21,361 bases of DNA from assembly GCA_043798915.1 (NCBI GenBank), contig JAZDOG010000063.1:1-21361 (forward strand), written 5' to 3'. This document shows, in pieces, positions 14,590-21,361 of the stretch. Both the position numbers and the translations under genes were made by a program. Each line of letters begins with the position of its first letter. Position 1 is the stretch's first letter. This DNA is from Pseudomonadota bacterium (GTDB lineage: Bacteria > UBA10199 > 2-02-FULL-44-16 > JAAZCA01). Below the pieces are notes generated by a model, which worked only from the letters and a program-made list of their open reading frames with translations, did no database searches and was not told where the DNA came from.

Positions 14590-15654
14590 ATGAGGAACTG
14601 GATAGCACTTCTGGGGCTCGTTGTATGGATGGCGGCCATCGGCTGCGGCGGACCATCGTCCGGCAAGGTGTTGGCGGAGGTCAACGGCAGCAAGATAACC
14701 GAGGGCGACCTGAAATTTCTAGGCGAAATCAATCCACGCATCAAAATGCAGATCAACGATCCCGCCGGCCAGAAGCGCATCCTCGACAATCTGGTCGAAC
14801 AGGACCTGCTCTATCAGGAAGCGGTGAGGGAGGGCATCAACCACAGGGCCGACGTCAAGGCTAAGATCGATCTCTATCGCAGGGTCATCATCTCGCAGTC
14901 GCTGATCGATGCCGACATCGAAAAAGCGGCAAAGAAATATTACGATGAACATCAGGGCGAATTCAACAAGCTCGTCCTCTCGCACATCATGGTCAAATAC
15001 GCTGCGCCCGAAGAGACGAAGAACGCCAAGAAGGGCGAAAAGCTCCGCACCGAAGAGGAGGCTCTCAAGGAGGCGCAGGATATCAAGGCTCGGATCGACA
15101 AGGGCGAGGAGTTTGCAAAGGTAGCGAAGGATACCTCCGACGATGTCGCGTCCAAAGCGCGGGGCGGCGATCTCGGGCCCGCAATGAAGGATGAGCCGCG
15201 CCTTGTGCAGAGGGGATTCGGGCCGCTGCTCGAGAAGGCCTCCGAACTGAAAGTGGGCGAAGTTGCTGGCCCCATCAAGACCGACAAGGGCTACCACATC
15301 ATCACTGTGACGCGCGGCCTCGAGCTGGAGCCATTCGACGAGGCGAAGCAGATGATCGTCATGAAGCTGCGGGATACCTCAAGGCAGGACCTTCTCGCCC
15401 GCCTGAAGAAAGACGCGAAGATATCGTTCCCTGAGGACGAGAAGAAAGAGGCTGAGGCCAAGAAACAGGCCGGGGCAAAGCCGGCCGAAGGCGCGCAGGC
15501 TGCAGCACCGGCCGAAGGCGCCGCCTCACCAGAAGCCGCCGCGGCCAAGCCAGCACCGGCGCCCGAGGTCAAAGCACCGGCCCCTCCAGCCAAGACCCCA
15601 GCCCCCGCCGAGAAACCGACGGCCAAGACTGACAAGAAGGCGCCCAGGAAATAA
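14590..15654 (+). CDS. Parvulin (PpiC-type) peptidyl-prolyl isomerase lipoprotein, PrsA/SurA-like
   Basis: Lipobox AAIGC, LAEVNGSKIT, SHIMV, FAKVAKDTSDD..SKARGGDLG, GPIKTDKGYHII; Ala/Pro/Lys-rich tail; AAGGAGG ribosome-binding site. Confidence 0.93.
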   Translation: MRNWIALLGLVVWMAAIGCGGPSSGKVLAEVNGSKITEGDLKFLGEINPRIKMQINDPAGQKRILDNLVEQDLLYQEAVREGINHRADVKAKIDLYRRVIISQSLIDADIEKAAKKYYDEHQGEFNKLVLSHIMVKYAAPEETKNAKKGEKLRTEEEALKEAQDIKARIDKGEEFAKVAKDTSDDVASKARGGDLGPAMKDEPRLVQRGFGPLLEKASELKVGEVAGPIKTDKGYHIITVTRGLELEPFDEAKQMIVMKLRDTSRQDLLARLKKDAKISFPEDEKKEAEAKKQAGAKPAEGAQAAAPAEGAASPEAAAAKPAPAPEVKAPAPPAKTPAPAEKPTAKTDKKAPRK

Positions 15655-15662
15655 CAAGTCGA

Positions 15663-16211
15663 TCATTTAGGCCCTATGCGTTTTTCCACCGCATCGCCGA
15701 CCTTGATACCGCGCTTTGCTACGGTGCCGGCGTTCACCTCGAGGACATAGCGGAAATCGGCCGGCGACTCGATCAGCTCCGTCGACTCCGGAACCGAGTT
15801 CTCCTTGAAGCCGACGACCTTCATGTCATCGCCGACGAATATGAGGTCCAGCGGAATCTTCGTGTCCTTCATCCAGAACTTCTCGCGCCCCGCCTGAGCG
15901 AAGACGAACCACATGCCCGAGCTCTCCGCGAGCGACTCGCGATTCTGAAGCCCGTTTCTGCGCTCGTCATCGGTCTCCGCGATCTCTGCAGCTATCGGCG
16001 CATCGCCGGAGGCAGCCTTGATGACGATCGTCGCGACCGACGTGTTCGTGCCAGGCAACTGAGCCTGCGCAACAGAACCCGTGTTCTGCCCGGCCGTGGC
16101 CTCGGGCGTCGCGCTCTCATTCACCGAATTTGTCTGGAGTTTTTCGCAGCCAGCCATAAGGATCAGCGCAGATGCACGCATGCATGCAACCATCACCACC
16201 ATCTCTTTCAT
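15663..16211 (-). CDS. DUF192 family protein, probable lipoprotein
   Basis: AEIAET..ERRNGLQNR, GMWFVF, FWMKDTKIPLDLIF, YVLEVNAG, GIKVGD; lipobox-like LMAGC; AAGGAGG ribosome-binding site. Confidence 0.92.
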   Translation of the reverse strand: MKEMVVMVACMRASALILMAGCEKLQTNSVNESATPEATAGQNTGSVAQAQLPGTNTSVATIVIKAASGDAPIAAEIAETDDERRNGLQNRESLAESSGMWFVFAQAGREKFWMKDTKIPLDLIFVGDDMKVVGFKENSVPESTELIESPADFRYVLEVNAGTVAKRGIKVGDAVEKRIGPK

Positions 16212-16236
16212 AACCCCTCCTTTATATTATAAATAT

Positions 16237-16318
16237 TCCCCTCCTTTGTAAGGAGGGGAGGGGGGAGGTAGACCCTGTCTCTACCCCACCCTGACCCTCC
16301 CCTTACAAAGGGGAGGGA
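16237..16318. repeat. Palindromic intergenic repeat, full copy (copy 3)
   Basis: TCCCCTCCTTTGTAAGGAGGGG...GGTAGA-CCCTGTC-TCTACCCCACCCTGACCCTCCCCTTACAAAGGGGAGGGA; matches 2928-3003. Confidence 0.92.
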
Positions 16319-16358
16319 AATGTGTATCCGTTACTTCAAACACTGCAGATTGGCAATA

Positions 16359-17102
16359 TCATCCGCGGAAAAGCCGGCGGATAGCATGTCCCGTGGCAAT
16401 CCATCCCAGTCGCGCGACGGACTCGCCCAGCGGTATCCCCTTGGGGCACGCGGCCTCGCACGCCTCGGCGCCGGCGCAGTCGGAGATTCCGCCGCGCTGC
16501 AGGAGCGCATCGAGCTTCTCGCCCCTGCCCATGCGACCGATCGGATGCTCGAGGAGCGGAAGGGTCTGGCTGAAGAGAAATGCCCCGGCAAATTGCGATC
16601 TGGCGTTCACCTGAGGGCACGCCTCGGAGCAGGCGCCGCACATTATGCAGCTTGCGAAACGCTTCATCCCCTCATGCTCTTCAGGCGAAACCCTGATGGC
16701 CGGACCACCGCCCGGGACACCATCTATCCCGACCCACGCCCGCGATCTCTCGAGGGCGTCGAACATGCGCTGCCTGTCCACCTTGAGATCCCTGACGATC
16801 GGAAACTTCGAGAGCGGTTCGAGCACCACCGGCGAAGACAGATCTTCGACGGGCGTGTGGCAAGCGAGCCCGACCCTCCCGTTTATGATCATCGCGCACG
16901 CACCGCACATCCCCTCCATGCATGTTGTCTCCCACACGACAGGCGCGGTCGGATTCCCGTCGGCGGTGACGGGTTTTTCCCGCACAGCACGGAGCGCGGT
17001 GGCTACCGTCATCCCGGCCTTAAACTCGACATCGAATATCTCCCAGTATGGAAGATCCTCAGGGTCGTCCTGCCGCTTGATTTTCAGAGATATGGTTTTC
17101 AT
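16359..17102 (-). CDS. sdhB: Succinate dehydrogenase / fumarate reductase iron-sulfur subunit
   Basis: Start moved to ATG 17102 (GGAG ribosome-binding site). CMEGMCGAC...LAC (2Fe-2S), LEPLSKFPIVRDLKVDR, CIMCGACSEACP, CAGAEACEAACPKGI. Confidence 0.93.
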   Translation of the reverse strand: MKTISLKIKRQDDPEDLPYWEIFDVEFKAGMTVATALRAVREKPVTADGNPTAPVVWETTCMEGMCGACAMIINGRVGLACHTPVEDLSSPVVLEPLSKFPIVRDLKVDRQRMFDALERSRAWVGIDGVPGGGPAIRVSPEEHEGMKRFASCIMCGACSEACPQVNARSQFAGAFLFSQTLPLLEHPIGRMGRGEKLDALLQRGGISDCAGAEACEAACPKGIPLGESVARLGWIATGHAIRRLFRG

Positions 17103-18816
17103 CCAAAATCTCCACCCTCTCGGAATGATCGAGCGCAAACCCATCGGCGGATTTGCGGGCGACCGTCGTCACGAGCCATTTTTTGTCGTTTCGCTCCGGG
17201 TGGGCCGGTTTGAAATGGGCGCCGCGGCTCTCCTCCCTCGCGATCGAGGCGGCGACGAAAAGCCTTGCGAGCACGAGGTCCGATCTGCACCTGCGCATAA
17301 ACGGCAGTTCGCCATTTGCCCACTCCGCGCGGTCCGCGATGGGCGCGCGTCCGAAGCGATCGGATATCTCATCGATCTTCTCCGCAGCCTTCGCCAGGGC
17401 CTTATTGTCCTTCGCAACCAAGGCGGCCGCGGCGAGCGCGCCGCAGAGTTCGGCCTTGAGGGCATGCGCGCTCTCATCCCCTTCCTGTCCGGAAAAATGG
17501 GAGTTCACATCCTCCTCGCGGCTCTTTGCAGACTCGAACAGGGAAACCGGCGCCTCTGATTGAAGGCCAAGCCCATGCGCGTGCCTCGCTGCGCTCCTGC
17601 CTGCTATCATTCCGCCATAGGCCGACGCCAGGAGTTCGTTCCCGCCGAGCGTCCCCGCGCCGTGGTACTGCGAGGCGGACGAGCCCGCCGCAAAGAGGCC
17701 GGGGATGCTCGCGTAGTGTTCGGCATCCACCCGGAGCCCGCCGAGCGTCTGATGCGCGGCGGGAACGACCCTCATCGGCGAGGCTAAAGGATCCTCGCCG
17801 GTCAATCTCCCGTAGATATCCATCGCCTCGCCGAAGTTTGCATCGAGCCAGTCAGGGTCGACCGCAGAGAGGTCGAGGAAGGCTTCGGGGCCGCCCTCCC
17901 CCTCGGGTGCGGCCTCGCGCCACGCATCCCACATCGCGCGCACGGCGACGTCGCGCGGCAGGCGCGCGCCATGCGAGGGGAATTTCTCCTCCAGGAAGTG
18001 CGATTGCCTTCCATCGCGCCGGATCGAGACGCGCGCGCCGGCGCAGATGACCGCGTCGCCGACCGGGATGCGCTTGTCCGCTGTCTCGATCGCAAATGGA
18101 TGAAACTCGACGAATTCGGGGTTGGCGAAGAGAGAGCCCTGTTCAAAGCACGCAACGGAAGCGGAGCCACCGCTCGATGGGTTGCTGCTGTACGGACCGA
18201 ATATGCCTGCGTATCCCCCCGCGCATATTATCACGGCATCGGCGGGGAAGGATTTCACTTCCATGTTCCTGAGATTCATAGCCACGGCGCCGCGACAGGT
18301 TCCGGCATCGTCGACGACGAGCGACAAAAACTCCCATCCCTCCAGGAGGGAGAGCCTCTCTTCCGAAGCGAGGCGGCGCAGTTGGCCATCCAGCGCCGAT
18401 ACGACCCCGTGCCCCGTGCCCCAGCCAGCCGCGGCCGTGCGCGCAGCCTGCGCACCGCACGAAAAACCCTGCGCGATGAGACCGTCGCGCGTCCTGCCGA
18501 ACATCACGCCCATGCGGTCGAACATATGCGCGATCGAAGGCGCAGCCTCGCACATCTTCATGACCGGCCCCTGGTGCGCAAGAAACCCTCCGCACACGAC
18601 GGTATCGCGCGCATGCGACGCCGCGGAATCGCCCTCTCCCTGGGAATCGAGCGCTGCGTTAAACCCGTCGTGGATGCAAGATGAGCGCGAGCGCCTCGGC
18701 GGCACGGAGGCGACGAGCATGACCTCCGCGCCATCATGCACCGCGGAGAGCGCGGCCATGCAGCCCGAAACTCCGCCGCCGACAACGATGATTTTGGATC
18801 TCTTCTTCGATGGCAT
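17059..18816 (-). CDS. sdhA: Succinate dehydrogenase / fumarate reductase flavoprotein homolog with divergent active site
   Basis: IIVVGGGVSG FAD motif, FANPEFVEFHP, PRDVAVR, HQTLGG, GLFAAG, REESRGAHFKP; lies between the cytochrome b and Fe-S genes. Confidence 0.88.
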   Translation of the reverse strand: MPSKKRSKIIVVGGGVSGCMAALSAVHDGAEVMLVASVPPRRSRSSCIHDGFNAALDSQGEGDSAASHARDTVVCGGFLAHQGPVMKMCEAAPSIAHMFDRMGVMFGRTRDGLIAQGFSCGAQAARTAAAGWGTGHGVVSALDGQLRRLASEERLSLLEGWEFLSLVVDDAGTCRGAVAMNLRNMEVKSFPADAVIICAGGYAGIFGPYSSNPSSGGSASVACFEQGSLFANPEFVEFHPFAIETADKRIPVGDAVICAGARVSIRRDGRQSHFLEEKFPSHGARLPRDVAVRAMWDAWREAAPEGEGGPEAFLDLSAVDPDWLDANFGEAMDIYGRLTGEDPLASPMRVVPAAHQTLGGLRVDAEHYASIPGLFAAGSSASQYHGAGTLGGNELLASAYGGMIAGRSAARHAHGLGLQSEAPVSLFESAKSREEDVNSHFSGQEGDESAHALKAELCGALAAAALVAKDNKALAKAAEKIDEISDRFGRAPIADRAEWANGELPFMRRCRSDLVLARLFVAASIAREESRGAHFKPAHPERNDKKWLVTTVARKSADGFALDHSERVEILDENHISENQAAGRP

Positions 18817-18819
18817 ATT

Positions 18820-19434
18820 CTAAAATGCGAGGATCACCCTCGCGCCCCACCCTGCAAGAATGATCGTCACTACCCACATTGCCATCGCCGCCGCGTCCTG
18901 CGCGCGGCGGGAGGCGGTGATCCCCCATCTCGTGAGCGCAAAAGAGATGCCGTTCCCTATGTGAAACGCGGCGCACGCGACGCCGGCGCCGTAGATCGCC
19001 TTCACCCACGAGGGGGCCAGGAGCTTTTGCATGTACGCGAATTCGGCATGCCTCCCCGTGAAGGCGAAGACGAGCTCGGTGGTGTAGATGTAATGGATTA
19101 TCGGCACGATGACCAGAATGCCAGTCAGGCGCTGAAGGGCGTACATCCAGTTGCGGTACGACGAAAAGGCGATGACGTTGAACTGCGAGCTGTAGATGAC
19201 CGACAGGCCGACCGCCGCATGGAACATGAGAGGGGCGACGACGAAGACCATTTTGATCGCTGAGAGGAGCGGGACCTTTTCCCCGATTGCGGCAACGAGA
19301 TTGAAAGAGGAAGCCCCGCCCAGCGCGGCCGAGCATGGTATGAGGAAGAAGGCGATATAGCCGACGGAGAGGAGTATGCCCGACAGCGAATGCAGGCGTC
19401 TGAGCCAGAAGTATCCTGTCCCCGCGGTTCCCAT
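18820..19434 (-). CDS. sdhC: Diheme cytochrome b558 membrane anchor of SDH/FRD (Bacillus-type)
   Basis: LRRLHSLSG, FHAAVG, NWMYALQRLTG, IIHY, FHIGNGI, WGI: five TM segments and four His ligands; the second ATG (19434) is best spaced from GGAGG. Confidence 0.92.
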   Translation of the reverse strand: MGTAGTGYFWLRRLHSLSGILLSVGYIAFFLIPCSAALGGASSFNLVAAIGEKVPLLSAIKMVFVVAPLMFHAAVGLSVIYSSQFNVIAFSSYRNWMYALQRLTGILVIVPIIHYIYTTELVFAFTGRHAEFAYMQKLLAPSWVKAIYGAGVACAAFHIGNGISFALTRWGITASRRAQDAAAMAMWVVTIILAGWGARVILAF

Positions 19435-19452
19435 GTCCATCCTCCCGAGGGG

Positions 19453-19481
19453 AATCTACATGCGGGCGCCTGCGCCGTCAA
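19453..19481 (-). promoter_or_regulatory. Putative sigma70 promoter of sdhCAB
   Basis: TTGACG (19481-19476), 17 nt, TAGATT (19458-19453). Confidence 0.6.
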
Positions 19482-19506
19482 GGATTGAGGCTGGCTAGTG
19501 AAGTGA

Positions 19507-20088
19507 CTACTCTGATTTCAGCTTCTCTTCCAGTCGCGCAAACAGGCCGCCCTTCCCGTATTGTCTCATGACAAAATTGAAATGGCCGCGATAGTTTCTC
19601 GAGAGCAGCGCCCCGTCGAAATCGTAATCAGCCACGCGATAGCGACCGCCCTCCCGGACCAGGAAGATGTCGAGCCCAATGGTTCCTCTCCTGACCTTCA
19701 GTGCGTTGTCGATCTTCGTCAGCCCGTCCACAACGCCTGTTTTGCCGGGCACCATGCGGAAATCGGTGTCCTCCTTCGTGAAAATCATCTTCTCGTTCAT
19801 CCTCTTCCTGATATTGCGCTCGAGGAGATCCAGAAAACGTTCGCGCTCCGCAGGCGTGAGTTCCTCCCAGTGGTCGGCGAGGCAGCGCCGGCCGAAGGTG
19901 GCCATGTCGAAGTGCTCGGCGAAGAGGAGATTCGCACGCCTGAAATCACCGGCGCGCAGCATCGCGCGCATCTCCATCTCCAGGCTTCGGACGAAAGAGC
20001 GCGGCGAAGACGGCGCTGCAGCGCATGGCAGCGAGACTGAGACGAACACCAGGAGGACAGCCGCACGAATGCGGGCAGAAATCTTCAT
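19507..20088 (-). CDS. MlaC/Ttg2D-like periplasmic lipid-binding protein
   Basis: Signal peptide from ATG 20088; HFDMATFGRRCLADHWEELTPAERERF, YRVADYDFDGALLSRNYRGHF and GLFARLEEK match the MlaC pattern. Confidence 0.8.
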   Translation of the reverse strand: MKISARIRAAVLLVFVSVSLPCAAAPSSPRSFVRSLEMEMRAMLRAGDFRRANLLFAEHFDMATFGRRCLADHWEELTPAERERFLDLLERNIRKRMNEKMIFTKEDTDFRMVPGKTGVVDGLTKIDNALKVRRGTIGLDIFLVREGGRYRVADYDFDGALLSRNYRGHFNFVMRQYGKGGLFARLEEKLKSE

Positions 20089-20105
20089 GGACCTCACGCC
20101 CCTCC

Positions 20106-21135
20106 TCAGGCCTGCCATTTCCCGAAACGATGGCCCTTTATGGCGTTGAACAGCTTGTAATATGGCCCCTGGATCGCATGGACGGCGCTGGAAAATACCT
20201 TGGCGTGGGTTCCAATTCTAAAATCACAAGCGGAGCTGAGCATCTGCTGCCAATACGCCTCGACCGCTTCGATTCTGTGGCCATCGAGCACAAACGGGTC
20301 CGACTGTATCTTGCTCCCGTCCGCCGGGTTCTTGAAGAAGTTGTCGATGTTGGCGGTGATGTCCGGCTGGATGTCGACTATCTTCGTATCGGCCCCGAAA
20401 GACGCGAGCACCGAGCTCGCTATATCATAGAGTTCCTGATAGATCTGCTTGTTGTCTGCGCTCAAATTTTCCATGCCGCCGGATGAACCCGCAAGAACCT
20501 CGCCCAGCGCCTGTTTTGAATATGTCGCCCAGCTCTGCATGTTGATGCGGGCGCTCGCAAGCCTGTTGTCCTGGCGCAGGGCGAACTGCTGGTTGAGCTC
20601 ATCCACTATCTGCTGCGAGGTCATCAGCGCGATGCCTTCGCTGTCCACAAATTTGGAGAGATCGAGATCGAAGGTCCAGGAGTTTGCAAAATCGGGCGCG
20701 TGCTGTCGCTGGACTGGTGAGCGTCTGAGCAAAATATCCGTTTGCCCCGAAAACATTGGAGGCCTTCCATGGCGCCTGGCCAAAGCCGGCGAGCATGGCC
20801 GTCGCCGGGTCCTTCTCGATGAGGAGGATGATATCGCACAGCGCCCGCCCGAAGTGCGCCCCGGTCTTGGCGAGGTCGGGGACCTCCGTCGCCTTTAACT
20901 TCATGGCTTTGCCAGCGGTTCCATCGCCGATGATAGCATCATAGGCAGCGCGGGCACCGGCTACATCACCATTGGCCAGTGTCACCGATGCCTGGGCCAG
21001 CTGGTCCGCGACAGGCGTTTGTGTTGTTTCCGCGCTGGTGCTGCCACCACCGCCGCCTTTTTCGCATGAAAGGTTGAATATCGACGACATCGCGAGGCAC
21101 AAGATTGCGACAAAACATATCTTCGCTGACCTCAT
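20106..21135 (-). pseudogene. Probable single lipoprotein gene split by a frameshift near 20700 (pseudogene or sequence error)
   Basis: ATG 21135 with AAGGAG ribosome-binding site and lipobox FNLSC. Protein-like sequence runs to GYFAQTLTSPATA, then continues in the +1 frame as APDFANSWTFDLDLSK to the stop at 20106. Confidence 0.6.
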
Positions 21136-21234
21136 TGGAAGCTCCTTTCCGCTATGGATTCCTGAACATCTCCCGCTACCAAGCCCAGATAACAGCAAGA
21201 TGCGTGCCAGGATTTATACTAGCTAACCTATTGA

Positions 21235-21265
21235 ATTATAGGGGGGGGGGGGGGGGTAAAAACAA
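21235..21265 (-). promoter_or_regulatory. Putative promoter with a C16 homopolymer in the -35/-10 spacer
   Basis: Minus strand TTGTTT-TTA-C16-TATAAT (G16 at 21241-21256 on the plus strand). Confidence 0.6.
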
Positions 21266-21361
21266 TCAAATTAAAAAATTTGAAAGTCAAAAAATTGACG
21301 ATTTAGGTTTTAAGCGACAAAAAACAGTCGGACACGCAAAACGCTGGAGAGTTGCAAAAAT

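Noticed and set aside
15440..15654. Ala/Pro/Lys-rich repetitive tail of the PPIase
   Set aside because: An ordinary low-complexity disordered tail, with no exact DNA repeat array.
1867..16318. CRISPR array or tRNA interpretation of the palindromic repeats
   Set aside because: Copies are dispersed with no regular spacers or cas genes, and there is no cloverleaf or T-loop motif.
17059..17102. 44-bp sdhA/sdhB overlap as a sign of frameshift
   Set aside because: Both proteins are of normal length with complete motifs; a short C-terminal overlap is unremarkable.

Overview
GC-rich bacterial genomic DNA, mostly coded on the minus strand; the gene set is compatible with a deltaproteobacteria-like lineage (inference only). 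Left to right: (1) the truncated N-terminus of a PreT/GltD-type Fe-S flavoprotein and a secreted Lys-rich protein; (2) a six-gene nitrogen-heterocycle/ureide catabolic cluster (ssnA-like amidohydrolase, fold-type-II PLP enzyme, allantoinase/hydantoinase-like amidohydrolase, an ATCase-like carbamoyltransferase with an altered substrate site, a YgeW-like carbamoyltransferase, carbamate kinase); (3) two tandem ~720-aa paralogous unknown proteins built from a repeated ~105-aa module, a degenerate HATPase_c domain and a near-identical C-terminal tag, behind a GCCGATAA (sigma28-like) motif; (4) housekeeping genes mltG, ruvX, acyP, a parvulin PPIase lipoprotein and a DUF192 protein; (5) a diheme-type sdhCAB operon whose flavoprotein has lost several canonical active-site residues; (6) an MlaC-like gene and a frameshifted lipoprotein gene downstream of a promoter with a 16-nt homopolymer in its spacer. 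Three copies of a palindromic intergenic repeat are present. No rRNA, tRNA, CRISPR array, transposase or integrase was seen. All family assignments are from motif recognition by eye, not database searches.
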